From Chloropicon primus (Eukaryota), in assembly GCA_023205875.1 (NCBI GenBank), contig CP060760.1:186001-250000 (forward strand): DNA of 64,000 nucleotides, written 5' to 3'. Below are positions 40,074-50,310 of this stretch, piece after piece. Every line of letters starts with the position of its first letter. Position 1 is the stretch's first letter. Below the pieces are notes generated by a model. The model was not told the DNA's origin. It made no database searches and was given only the letters and a program-made list of their open reading frames with translations. The translations under genes were made by a program, and so were the position numbers.

Positions 40074-41309
40074 ATGGGAGGCGCGCCGCTTGCGTTCCTG
40101 AACAAGAAGTCATGGCACACGGGTGGCATGAAGAACAGGGAGTCGGTGTGGAAGCGCGAGCAGGAGCATGCGGAGGAGGAGGCCAAGGTGAAGGAGCTGC
40201 AGAGGCAGATAGAGGAGGAGCGGGAGAGGGAGGAGCTCGAGGACCTCGCGTCGAGGCACGGGGGGAAGAAGAAGAAGGCGGAGAGGTTGGACTTCATGTA
40301 CAACACTCCTTTGGCGAGCAAGGCCTTGGACGAGGACAGGGACGCGTACCTGCTGGGGGAGAAGAAGGTGACGGACGCGGTGCTCTCAGGTCAGGGCAGC
40401 GGGAAGCCTAACATGCTCGGCGGCGAGGAGAGCCAGTGTGAGCGCGTGACGTCGCTTCCCTCGGCCCAGGCCCAGGAGCTCAGCCGGAACGAGAACTGGC
40501 TTCGGTTGCAGAACGATCCCCTGTTCGCCATCAAGAGGCAACAGCAACTCGCTTTGGAGAAGATAAGGAAGAACCCCGTCAAGATGCAGCAGCTGCGGGA
40601 GGAAGTGAAGCAGGTGAGGGGGGAGCAGGGGCGTGGCACCGAAGGGGGGGAGAGGAGCGGCTCGAGGCACCACAGGAGGCGGCACAGAAGCCACAGGTAC
40701 CGCAGCGAGAAAGGTGACCGCGACCGGGATCGTGATCGGGATAGAGACGGCCACAGGAGCCACAAGAGTCACCGGCGGTCGAGGAGTCACCGAGAGGCGA
40801 GGGACGCGGGTGAGGGCCACGACCAGGATCATTCTGAACGGAAGCGGGACAGGAGCAGGAGCCCTGTGAGGGAGGAGGGGTATGGCCTGGCCACGGCCGA
40901 CGCGGGGACAAGCCAGCACTCCAAGGGCAAGTTCGATGCCAAGGAGAGCATCAGGGCTGCGGAGAGGGAACAGAGAGAGAAGGAAGCGGAGAGGGAGGGG
41001 AACAATAAAGCGTGGAGCTATGGGGGCAAGAAAGCAAAGCACAGGGTTGGCCGATTGAGCGAAGACGAGCTGAGGAAAAAGAGGGAGGCGATGATGTCGA
41101 CCGGGCAACAAGCTCACCAGGTCCGCTCGAACCAAACGAGGATGGAAGACCAGAGGGACGAGGCGGAGAGGAGCGAGGCTCTCCGGGCCCAAGGCGAGGC
41201 TTCCTTCATCAAAAACTTCCAGAGAGACGTTTACGGCGCGAGCACCAGCGGAAAGGGCTTATCCCTCGAAGAGTCCGTGGGCAGGCGAAAGTTTTACAGT
41301 CAGAGGTGA
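40074..41309 (+). CDS. CWC25: Pre-mRNA splicing factor CWC25
   Basis: FLNKKSWH.G..KN.E.VWKREQ, RLDFMY, DPLFAIKRQQQ and an RS/RD-rich tail. Confidence 0.9.
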   Translation: MGGAPLAFLNKKSWHTGGMKNRESVWKREQEHAEEEAKVKELQRQIEEEREREELEDLASRHGGKKKKAERLDFMYNTPLASKALDEDRDAYLLGEKKVTDAVLSGQGSGKPNMLGGEESQCERVTSLPSAQAQELSRNENWLRLQNDPLFAIKRQQQLALEKIRKNPVKMQQLREEVKQVRGEQGRGTEGGERSGSRHHRRRHRSHRYRSEKGDRDRDRDRDRDGHRSHKSHRRSRSHREARDAGEGHDQDHSERKRDRSRSPVREEGYGLATADAGTSQHSKGKFDAKESIRAAEREQREKEAEREGNNKAWSYGGKKAKHRVGRLSEDELRKKREAMMSTGQQAHQVRSNQTRMEDQRDEAERSEALRAQGEASFIKNFQRDVYGASTSGKGLSLEESVGRRKFYSQR

Positions 41310-41361
41310 AAACACAAAAGCTTGTAACAACATCCGAAAGGCGTGATCCGTATAGTCTACT

Positions 41362-42264
41362 TTAGCTCTCACACGTTGTCCGACGCCTTCTCAGCTGCCT
41401 TTTCCCCTTTCTTACCGTCCTGTCTTCCGTGCCTCCTTGCAAGTCCTCCTCCTCCTTACCTTCGGCTTCGGTGGCCGGTGAGTCACCCAACCTCTCATCC
41501 AAGGCAATGCTTTGTTGCGCCCGGGACTCCACAACCGCTTGACGTTTCTTCTTCCTCGGTCTGAACTCAACCTTGGAACCAAGCGCACCAGCGCCATCAT
41601 CACCCGCAGGTGCATCATCAGTTGAAGGTGCATCAGCAGCAGGTGCATCACGTTTGGGCACCGTTCCGTTTCCTCTGGATCTTCTTAGGTTATCGTAGGC
41701 TGAGATGCTTCCCGCGACATCGATGGGAAAGTCTAGAGTATGACACACCCACTTTCTCTTTCCCTTCCTGCTCAGCCTGTCCCCTGACAAGCCGCCGAGA
41801 CTCCCATCAAGTTCATCATCATTCATGGCCATCCTATCGAAAGCATCGAACTCCTCTTCACGGTCGAGAGCCCTGCAGAATGCATCGGTCGCGTTACCCT
41901 TTGCGAAGAACATCCGACGCTCTTCCACGCTGTCGAACGCCAGCTCCTCGAACAACGCACTCTGTTCCTCATCAACAACAACATCCTCAATCTCATCCTC
42001 CTCATCACAACCTTCTGCTTCTGTGTCGTGCAAGTGATGGCGACGCTTCGTCGTTGCGTTGGCGACCAAGGTCCAAGCAGGAGGCTCCTCCTTGGTCGAA
42101 GAGGTCGAGCAATGCTTGAAGGTGTCCTGCGTCCGCTCCTCGAGTCCAAGCACTCGGGAACCCATCAGCGAGTCGTCGCCTCCACGCGCCTCCATGGTCT
42201 GCAGACTGCAGAGCAAGGGAGGACCGGAGGAAGGAGAGAGGGGAAGGGAGGGAGGGGTGGCCAT
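41362..42264 (-). CDS. Hypothetical acidic protein (~300 aa)
   Basis: Long ORF filling the space between CWC25 and GTPBP; short DAP repeats; start taken as ATG 42264. Confidence 0.55.
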   Translation of the reverse strand: MATPPSLPLSPSSGPPLLCSLQTMEARGGDDSLMGSRVLGLEERTQDTFKHCSTSSTKEEPPAWTLVANATTKRRHHLHDTEAEGCDEEDEIEDVVVDEEQSALFEELAFDSVEERRMFFAKGNATDAFCRALDREEEFDAFDRMAMNDDELDGSLGGLSGDRLSRKGKRKWVCHTLDFPIDVAGSISAYDNLRRSRGNGTVPKRDAPAADAPSTDDAPAGDDGAGALGSKVEFRPRKKKRQAVVESRAQQSIALDERLGDSPATEAEGKEEEDLQGGTEDRTVRKGKRQLRRRRTTCES

Positions 42265-42358
42265 CTCGGTCTCTTCCTCGGAAGCGAGATGGTGGTGAAG
42301 GGGGCAGCGATGCAAAGGACTTCTAATCGAATGGTTTAAAAGAATGGCGTTGTTCGTA

Positions 42359-44101
42359 TCAGATGACCATGCCGATGCCCTTGGTCTTTCCCTCTCTGAA
42401 GATGAACCTTGTGCCGCGGATCACGTACTCAGGTCGGACAAGGAATCGAAACCTGACAATGGCTCGATCTCCAGACCTGAGTTTCTCACAGTCCATGGCA
42501 ACGACCTTGGCAGCTTGCCGAATTATTTCACAATGAATCACGGCTTGATACTTCAAATGAATTGTCGTGCTGTGCGTGAGGATGGCGATGTCCGCGTCGA
42601 ATTCCCAAGCCGCTTTGGGCTGAAGCCGGCTGGAGACGAGCGCCTGGCCCTTTCTCACCTGGTTGCGCTTCACCTTCTTCAGCGCAAGCGCAGCGGTCTG
42701 GCCTGCCACGGCCTTGTCGACCACCATTCGCTTGTAGTGGATCGACTTCACGGACGTGGGCTTGAAGCTCGAGTCCGCCACGTCGGGGCCGAGCAGCAAG
42801 GTGTCGTTCACACCAATTGAACCGCTTTTGAGGGTGCCCGACACGACCGTCCCGACTCCTGGCACAGCAAAAGTCTCGTCGATGATGAATTCCGGCTCCT
42901 TGCTCATTTTGCTGAACCACTCGTATCGCTGTGGCACGAGGTTCAGGAACTGGCGCAGCAAGTCCAAGCCCTCTCCCGTGACGCTGGACGTCAAGAAGAT
43001 TGGGGCAATCGTGTCGCTCGAAAGGTTCCTCGCGCAGGTCATTACATCGTCCTGGTTCCGGACCATGATGGGAATCTTCTTCACCCCAGGCTTCTTCAGG
43101 ATGGCGTGCAGGGACTTCATCGTGTTCTCGAACACGTGCTCTGGGCAGATGTCCACCTTGGTTATCACGAAGAAGCTGGGAATCTTCAGCGCCAGCGCGA
43201 TGCCGAGGTGCTCCTTGCACATGCCAATCAATCCGTGGTTCGCTCCTATGATGAGCATGGCGTAGTCGGGAAGGTTGCCTGTCAAGCCAAAGGCAGTGGT
43301 CTTGAAATACTTCTCGTGCCCGGCAAGGTCCACGAAGGTGATCAACTTGGAGGCCTTCGCCACCACGTCGCCGCACTGCGTTTGCCGGAAGCTGCTGTCG
43401 TTCAGAATCTCCCCCGTGCTGCTTATGCAGAGATTGTGCTGCCCTATCGATGACGTCCTCCCCGTCTGCGCCTCGTGAGTAAACTTCAAGACCTTCTCTC
43501 TCGCCGAGCCCCTGCCATCGTCGAGCATACTCCTGGTGAGAACTCCCACCATGGTGCTTTTGCCGCTATCCACATTCCCCACCACGGCTATCCTCACCTC
43601 GAGGTGCCCCCCTCCCTGTTGCCTTCGAACCTCCACATCCGCCATGTGATACCTCGTCTTCGCCTCCGCGTCATCCACAACCGTCGTCCTCCTCCTTATC
43701 ACCGAAACGTCTGCCTTCCCTCTTCTCGAGGCAACTTCCCTCAACCTTTCGATGGCACCCTCGAGCTCCTCTTCCGTCTCTATCGCGCTCGGTCCCCATC
43801 CATGCGTCGAGCTCGAGGTCGATCCAACCTCTACTAACACCTCACCGACCTTGTGAAGCTCAATCAATACAAACCCAGTCCCCCTCTCCTCCCCATCCTC
43901 TAGCCTCTCCTTCCCAGCCTCACCCTTCCACTTCTCCTTCCCAGCCTCATCTTCGGTTCCTCTTCGTCCGGAAGCGCAGAACGAGGCGGCGGGCTGCTCC
44001 TCCGACAAGTTCGTGATGGCGTCGGCCCATCCAGTCCCCTCCCCCTCCTCCTCCTCCGCCCTCACCATTGGCTCCTTCCCCTTTGCCATCGCCATCGCCA
44101 T
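42359..44101 (-). CDS. GTPBP1: GTPBP1/2 translational GTPase
   Basis: VGNVDSGKST, HE..TGRTSS, FVDLAGHEKY.KTT, TKVD and EF-Tu-like domains II/III ending FREGKTKGIG. Confidence 0.9.
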   Translation of the reverse strand: MAMAMAKGKEPMVRAEEEEGEGTGWADAITNLSEEQPAASFCASGRRGTEDEAGKEKWKGEAGKERLEDGEERGTGFVLIELHKVGEVLVEVGSTSSSTHGWGPSAIETEEELEGAIERLREVASRRGKADVSVIRRRTTVVDDAEAKTRYHMADVEVRRQQGGGHLEVRIAVVGNVDSGKSTMVGVLTRSMLDDGRGSAREKVLKFTHEAQTGRTSSIGQHNLCISSTGEILNDSSFRQTQCGDVVAKASKLITFVDLAGHEKYFKTTAFGLTGNLPDYAMLIIGANHGLIGMCKEHLGIALALKIPSFFVITKVDICPEHVFENTMKSLHAILKKPGVKKIPIMVRNQDDVMTCARNLSSDTIAPIFLTSSVTGEGLDLLRQFLNLVPQRYEWFSKMSKEPEFIIDETFAVPGVGTVVSGTLKSGSIGVNDTLLLGPDVADSSFKPTSVKSIHYKRMVVDKAVAGQTAALALKKVKRNQVRKGQALVSSRLQPKAAWEFDADIAILTHSTTIHLKYQAVIHCEIIRQAAKVVAMDCEKLRSGDRAIVRFRFLVRPEYVIRGTRFIFREGKTKGIGMVI

Positions 44102-44178
44102 CGCCCTTTCCTCTGCTCTCAAAACCGAAGGAGCCAAAGCGCAGGTGAGTGGGGCACTTCACGAGGGAAGGGGCGACG

Positions 44179-44421
44179 GGGAAGGGGGCAAGGGCGAGAG
44201 AGATCCTGCTCGACGGAAGACTCGTCTCGAGAGCGTTCGAAAGAGCCGTCGCTGGAAAGATTTGGTGCCCTGTGGAGGATTTGACGAGGACTGACGTCAT
44301 GATGGTTCTGTCTGAAGCAGGCGAGTGAAGTCAGCTCACGAGGGAAGGGGCGACGGGGAAGAGGAGGATTGCGAGGGAGAGGTGCGCCAGAGGAAGCGTC
44401 GTGTCGCGAGCGTTCGAACGA
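44179..44421 (+). repeat. 243-bp dispersed element, copy A (inverted relative to 50068-50310)
   Basis: Matches the reverse complement of 50068-50310 with 5 mismatches by my alignment; 177-bp duplication at 44160/44337 and 44236/44413. Confidence 0.95.
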
Positions 44422-44490
44422 GCCGTTGCATGGATGAATCTTCCAAGTTTATGAGACGTCAGAGAAGTTGAATGCCAGATCAAGACCGTC

Positions 44491-44972
44491 ATGGATGAAG
44501 GCAAGGAGAAGACGATGGGGGAATGGAAGAGCCGAGTGGGCACCAAGGTCGCCGCGGGGGCTGCAGTGGGTGCGGTGTGCGGTGCATTCGCTGCGACGTT
44601 GCGACAGTTGAGCCTTGTAGGGACTGCGTTTAACATGGGGGCGAACTTTGGTATCTTTGCTGGGCTCTGCGGAACGACGCAGGAGCTGATCAGGGCGTCC
44701 ACAAACGCGAGTGAGATCACTTTGTTGAACTCCTTGGCGAGCGGGTTTCTCACTGGAGGCTTCCTCTGTGGAATCAACAGAGGGCCGAGGAGCATCCTGC
44801 CTGGAGCGCTTGGGTTTGGCACGGCCGTTGGCCTGGCTCACTTTGTGGACGAGAACTACTTGCGCTCTCAGGACACCTTCAAGAGGACTCTCGTCTCCCT
44901 GGATTTGCTAGACATCCCGGACAAGGAGGAGAAAAGGTAAAGTTGCCTTTGGACCGAGGTGCCGATCACTCG

Positions 44973-45017
<45 letters not shown>

Positions 45018-45245
45018 TCCTGCGAGGTGTACGTCACTCTCTGACATCTCGCGACTGGGTGCCTGCGCTGCGTGCGACCAAGGCGGCTGATGGAAGGCGA
45101 AGTCAGCCAGGATCAAAGCTGGTCACTCTCGAGTCTCTGGCCTTCCTCGATACCGGCTCCGATTAGAATCCACTCTCAGGAGGAAGTAGAGGAGCTTGCG
45201 AAGCTAAGACGGAAACAGTTGAAAGACAGGATGAACGAGGAATGA
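44491..45245 (+). CDS. Tim17/Tim22/Tim23-family membrane protein; predicted intron 44937-45082
   Basis: Gly-rich TMs (NFGIFAGL.G..QELIR, NSLASGFLTGG); second exon RRLMEGE...PIRIHSQEE...MNEE*. Confidence 0.78.
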
Positions 45246-45765
45246 CTGATCCTGCGTTTCTTGTAACGAAAGTTCTCCACGATTCATGAAAGCCCTCGGT
45301 TGCAGGTGTTTCAAAGGTCAGGTTCGAAAGTCCCCTAAACTTTCACAGCTCCTCATATGAAGAAGACCTCCTCCTCCTATCGTCATCATCCATCATCCAT
45401 CCTCCTCCTTTCTAAAACCGCAAGTGATGCCTCTTTGGAGAGAGGGAGAAGAAGAGGAAGAGATCGCGATGCCACCTGCCACAACCATCACCCCCCCCCT
45501 CCCCTCTCCAAGCACCACTACCATCACCACCACCCTCTCTCTGTCTGTCTGTCTGAAATTCCCGCTCTATTTGAACCAAAGGAGACAGAAGAGAAGAGCA
45601 GCAGGGCAAGCCGCAGAGGAAGAGCGCTCCCGAGCGGAACAAAGGCGTAAAGGAGGCCCTCAGACCGAGGCACAGGCGAGGCATTGTCCAAGATCGAGTC
45701 TTGGTAACCTTTCCTCGTCATCTTTGGACCGGGAGAGAAGACCCATTGTCCAAGAAGAGGCAAAG

Positions 45766-46707
45766 ATGCCAGCAACAGCTTCGAGAGGGCCAGGTAGCTT
45801 GACGGGAGAGTACGACGAGGTACGTCGCCGAGTGGAGCTCCTGAAGCAGCAGCACAAGGAGATCGTGGAGGCTCGTCGTGCGGCGGAGGAGGTGGAGTCC
45901 GTGGCGACTCTGAGGTTCGAGGAGGAGAAGCATGCTTTGGAACAGGCAGCGAAGCAGAAGCAGAGGGAGCTCGAAAGGAAGCTGAAGGACAGCCTGGAGC
46001 GGAGTGCGAAAGCCCGTGACCTTCACGAGAGGGAGAAGAGGGCTCTGGTTCAAAAGCATGAAGCCTCGAAGCGGGCTTTGGAGGAAAAGCACGAGGAAGA
46101 GCTCGCCAGAAGGGACGAGGAGGTGGCCGAGTTGGCTGACAAGGTCAGGGAGTGCGAGGATGCCATGAAGCACCTCGAGCAGCTTCACGAGGAGGACAGG
46201 ATGGCCTGGCAGAGGGAAGAGGAGGCTTGCAAGAAGGAGGTGGAGACCCTGATAGAGGAAGACAAAGCGAAACTCAAGGGACAGTGCCGGAAGTGGAAAT
46301 CGCAAGCGGAGAGCGCGGAAGCGATGGTTCTCGAGGCTGCAGAGAAGCTGAAGAGGCAAGGACAGGCGATGGCGCAGAAAGAAAAGCTCTTGGCGGACCT
46401 TCAGCAGACCGTGGCGTTCATGGGGACGGAGAGGGAGCAAGAGAACGAGGCATTCAGAGAGAAATTCGACAACTTCGGAGAGGTCCAGGCTCAAAGGGAG
46501 GAGGAGTATGGGCAGAAGCTCAAGGCCATGGAAGAGAGTTACATGCGCAAGCTGGTTCAGTACAAGCAGAAGAAGAACATGGATCTCGATATGCTGAGAG
46601 ACCAATTCGAGAAAGTCGTCAACAAGAAGGACGGCATGATATCTCAGCTGAAGCACCAGCTGAAGCAACTGAACGAACAGATGCAGCAACTGAATCAACT
46701 CGTTTAA
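45766..46707 (+). CDS. Long coiled-coil protein of unknown function
   Basis: E/K/Q-rich heptad pattern throughout; start taken as ATG 45766. Confidence 0.7.
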   Translation: MPATASRGPGSLTGEYDEVRRRVELLKQQHKEIVEARRAAEEVESVATLRFEEEKHALEQAAKQKQRELERKLKDSLERSAKARDLHEREKRALVQKHEASKRALEEKHEEELARRDEEVAELADKVRECEDAMKHLEQLHEEDRMAWQREEEACKKEVETLIEEDKAKLKGQCRKWKSQAESAEAMVLEAAEKLKRQGQAMAQKEKLLADLQQTVAFMGTEREQENEAFREKFDNFGEVQAQREEEYGQKLKAMEESYMRKLVQYKQKKNMDLDMLRDQFEKVVNKKDGMISQLKHQLKQLNEQMQQLNQLV

Positions 46708-46756
46708 ATACCTTTGTACACCGGCAATTCCTTAGAAACACCTTATATAAATTACG

Positions 46757-48346
46757 TCACTCCCCCCCTTGTTTCATGTTCATCATGCACTCGTGGAGCC
46801 TCCTTTCTAAGCACGCCCTCTTCAGCTTCTTCCGGTCCTTGAGCGCCTCTTCCCTGGTGTCTCGACGTGGGCCCCACCTGGGTTGACCCCTTTCGTGCAC
46901 CATGGCATAAAAAGCCTTCCCGCCGTCTGACAAGATCTTCTCCTCCTCCTCGCTCATGCCGTCGACGAGACTCTTTCTCAAGGCCTCCCTGGGGTCCAGC
47001 TCCACTGCGACTATGCCTCGCCGTTTCAGGTCCTCCTGAAGCTTTCTGATTCGAGTGCATACCTCTTCGCGCTGCGGGAAGAACTCCTCGAGAAGCAAAG
47101 CGCTCAGGGAGCTTTCGATCCTCACGAGTTTCTGCTTGGCCATCTTCAACCCCGAATCCTCGCCCTCCCCAGCGGTGCCTCCGTCCGAGAGCGCATCCAC
47201 TTGGGACAAGCACTCCTCGGCCTGCGTCATCAGCGGCTCGGCAACGTGACGCAATATCTTCTCCCCGTCTTGCAGATCCTTCTCGATGAAGTCGTACAAG
47301 ATGGGGTCTTTGTTCCATATCCTTGCCCTCCTCAAAAAGTATTCCACCTCGTCCAAAAATACTTTGGAGATACGCCGTTGCTCTATCATGACGCAGTCCT
47401 GCGCCGTCACCACCATGTGAGGCGCGTTGGGGGGAGAGAGAAGTGGGTAGCCGCCCGCAAGCAATGGCGCCACCCAAAATACCGGAAGCATGGCGTCATC
47501 CGGGAGGTACTCGGAGGGAGTGGTAAACAAGTCCAGGCAGGCCGCCCGTCCCGTCTTATTTCCCTCCAAGTCCTGCGTTATAAGCTTGTAGTGGCTCTTC
47601 TCGGCAAAGATGAATATCTTCACAATGGGCTTCCCGCTCTTGTCCCAATAACGAGCATCCTTCTGCTTGTCCTCCTTCAGAGGCAGGCCAACCTGAAGCA
47701 CAAACTCCCCTCCATCATCCAAGTGCCACCACGTAACGGCCCCCCTTTGAGAAAGTCTCGTGGCATTATCGCAGACCACGCCAACGTCTGAAGCATCCGG
47801 CTCCGCTTCCTCGCCCCTGCTGCTGCCCAGCATCATCGGCAGGGGCCACTCCAGCTCCCTGGGAAGCACAGGTATCTTCCCCTTCCCCTCCTCACCATAA
47901 CCTTGCTCCTCCTCCTCCCTGTGAAACATCTGCAAGTTCTTCGGGTTCTGGTTCAGGGGGTCCACGACGTCCTTGAAGCTTCCCACGAGAGAGAGGTACT
48001 CCTCATCGCACAGGTCCCTCCCTGGAGCGCCCCAGCCGCCCAGGAACGCAATCTTGGGACGGCAGAAGTCGAAACTGCTGTCGCAATAATACTCCAAAGC
48101 GCATCCCTTCCCCTCATCGCCCTGGATGACTTGGAAAGGAGCAGAGGCGTACTTCGGGTCAGCGAGGAGAACGGGAACGCCCTTGAGGACGTATTCGAAG
48201 ACTTGGGACTCGGTGCTGGCGAGGGGAGCCACCTTGCACCGCCATCGGGTGGACATCCCCTCCGTCAGCCTCGTTGGAACGCCCCATTCCTCCAGCACTT
48301 CCCGCAGGACGCGCGAAGAAGGAGGCTCGTCTCCTTCCGCCATCAT
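46757..48346 (-). CDS. JmjC/cupin-like Fe(II)-2OG oxygenase domain protein
   Basis: GAVTWWHLDD (HxD), a K in the expected strand (VKIFIF) and PPNAPHMVVT.QDC (distal His). Confidence 0.65.
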   Translation of the reverse strand: MMAEGDEPPSSRVLREVLEEWGVPTRLTEGMSTRWRCKVAPLASTESQVFEYVLKGVPVLLADPKYASAPFQVIQGDEGKGCALEYYCDSSFDFCRPKIAFLGGWGAPGRDLCDEEYLSLVGSFKDVVDPLNQNPKNLQMFHREEEEQGYGEEGKGKIPVLPRELEWPLPMMLGSSRGEEAEPDASDVGVVCDNATRLSQRGAVTWWHLDDGGEFVLQVGLPLKEDKQKDARYWDKSGKPIVKIFIFAEKSHYKLITQDLEGNKTGRAACLDLFTTPSEYLPDDAMLPVFWVAPLLAGGYPLLSPPNAPHMVVTAQDCVMIEQRRISKVFLDEVEYFLRRARIWNKDPILYDFIEKDLQDGEKILRHVAEPLMTQAEECLSQVDALSDGGTAGEGEDSGLKMAKQKLVRIESSLSALLLEEFFPQREEVCTRIRKLQEDLKRRGIVAVELDPREALRKSLVDGMSEEEEKILSDGGKAFYAMVHERGQPRWGPRRDTREEALKDRKKLKRACLERRLHECMMNMKQGGE

Positions 48347-48594
48347 TCCCCTCTCTCTCTCTCTCTCTCAATCGCTGATGGTTGGTTTGAGCTCAAGGCT
48401 CTGAGGACGGCGGATCAAAGGGGGATTGGATTGGATTGGAGGCAATGCTGGGCGGGAAGTGGAAGTTCACCTCTAGGGCCTTCTGTGGATGCCTCACTTG
48501 CTTGCTGGGCGTTCTTCGAAAGCTTTTGGATGATGCAATGCCATGGTTGGAGCCCAAGGGACAAGAAAACAATGATATATGGACAACAGGATAA

Positions 48595-49944
48595 CTAGTT
48601 TTTACTGATCCCCTCCAGCTCCGCCACGGGGGCGGCTTCTCCCTCCTGTCCCTGCTTCTGTTCCTGCTCGAAGAGTTTGATCAGATCGCTGGAGACGTGG
48701 CTACAGGGCTCCCAAGAGTTCTCGTAACCGTCGGACCACTCCACCAGGTACTCTAATTCCATCTCGGCCTCCTCCTTCGGGGCCTCCTCGTCCCCTTCGC
48801 CGCCTTCCTTCGTCACTTGCCTCCTCTCCAGCACCCGGCTTGCCACCGCGTATTCCATTCCCCTGTCGAAGTCCTCTACCACGTCTTCCGCCATGTGCTT
48901 AAGCGGGACCCAGCTCGGCTCCACGTCGCTTTCGCTCCACTGGACCAGAAACTCCCTCTCGCTCAGATCGAAGGCCTCGTCCTCGTCCTCGGCAGCCGTC
49001 GCGTCACTCGAACCAAAGCCCATCTCCGCCTCCAGGGTGTCGTTCAAGTCCTTCTCTTCCTCCTCGACGCTCCTCTTCTTCCTGGCCTTCAGGACCTGGC
49101 CCGGGGTGACCTCCTCGTAAAGATTTGCCTCGAGTTCCCTGATGACTTCCTCCAGCTGGAGCTTCCTGGCAAACACGGATGGGTTGTTCTTCGGCAAGTT
49201 GTCCCTCAGCGACTCCACCAGCTCCAGCGCTGACCTCTCTTCGTTGTCCTTGATCTCGGGATCGGCCCCGGCCTCGATCAGCTCGTTCACGATCTCCTTG
49301 TGCATGTACCCACTCGCAATGTGCAGCGGCGTGTACCCGTCCTTGTCCCTCAAGTCCACCTCGGCACCGTTCACGAGCAGGAGCTTGACGCACTTGGTGT
49401 TTCCGGTGCCGCACGCGTAGTGGAGCGCGGACCTCAGCTCGTCGTCCACGCCCGAGACCAGAGCGTCCCTCCCGCCAATCAGCATGCTCACGATGACGTC
49501 GTACGCTGCCGTCTTGACGGCTTTCCACCACTTGTCCTCGTAATTCCTCAAGAGGTCCTCCGAGATGTCGTCGGCGCTCTCCCAGCTGTCCTCGTAATCA
49601 TCCTGCCACTTGACGAGGTACTGCACGTAAGGCTTCCCGCTCTCCTTGTCCCGGACCAGCCTAACCCCCACGAGCTCCTCCACCTCCGCCTCCACGGCGT
49701 TGCTCTCCTGCGTCCCACTCGCGAGGACCGCCGTGGATGACAGTGGCCTGGTCCCCCTCCTCGCCCCAACCCCCCTCCCCCTCGAGCCAAGCCCCACACT
49801 GCAGCAGCGAGGACTCGTCGTCGTCGTCGTCGTCGCGCTCCTCCCCTTGGTCGCAAACCCCGGCCTCGTCACACGGAGGAGGACGCCGACCCCTCTCGAG
49901 CAGGAGGACGGCACCAACTCCCTCCCAACTCCTCCTGGCCTCAT
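48595..49944 (-). CDS. cpSRP43: Chloroplast signal recognition particle 43 kDa subunit
   Basis: Transit peptide, chromodomain (YLVKWQD..EDSWE), ankyrin repeats (RSALHY, GYTPLHIASGY) and two more chromodomains. Confidence 0.92.
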   Translation of the reverse strand: MRPGGVGRELVPSSCSRGVGVLLRVTRPGFATKGRSATTTTTTSPRCCSVGLGSRGRGVGARRGTRPLSSTAVLASGTQESNAVEAEVEELVGVRLVRDKESGKPYVQYLVKWQDDYEDSWESADDISEDLLRNYEDKWWKAVKTAAYDVIVSMLIGGRDALVSGVDDELRSALHYACGTGNTKCVKLLLVNGAEVDLRDKDGYTPLHIASGYMHKEIVNELIEAGADPEIKDNEERSALELVESLRDNLPKNNPSVFARKLQLEEVIRELEANLYEEVTPGQVLKARKKRSVEEEEKDLNDTLEAEMGFGSSDATAAEDEDEAFDLSEREFLVQWSESDVEPSWVPLKHMAEDVVEDFDRGMEYAVASRVLERRQVTKEGGEGDEEAPKEEAEMELEYLVEWSDGYENSWEPCSHVSSDLIKLFEQEQKQGQEGEAAPVAELEGISKN

Positions 49945-50067
49945 CCTTCTCCCTCGGATGCTGCTGCTGCTCTTTGCTGATGTATCCTTCCCTCTCTCTT
50001 CACGAAAGGGATCTCCTGTCTGCACCTCAGTGCCTCAAGAAGCGCACCAAATCCTTCGAGTGCCGGT

Positions 50068-50310
50068 TCGTTCGAACGCTCGCGACACGACGCTTCCTCT
50101 GGCGCACCTCTCCCTCGCAATCCTCCTCTTCCCCGTCGCCCCTTCCCTCGTGAGCTGACTTCACTCGCCTGCTTCAGACAGAACCATCATGACGTCAGTC
50201 CTCGTCAAATCCTCCACAGGGAACCAAATCTTTCCAGCGACGGCTCTTTCGAACGCTCTCGAGACGAGTTTTCCGTCGAGCAGGTTCTCTCTCTCCCTCG
50301 CCCCCTTCCC
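50068..50310 (-). repeat. 243-bp dispersed element, copy B
   Basis: Reverse complement of 44179-44421. Confidence 0.95.

Noticed and set aside
44145..44320. Introner-type mobile intron
   Set aside because: Donor, branch and acceptor-like motifs exist, but homology between copies extends ~100 bp past the acceptor and the donor lies only ~44 bp from the opposite-strand GTPBP start. Kept only as an alternative within the inverted-repeat finding.
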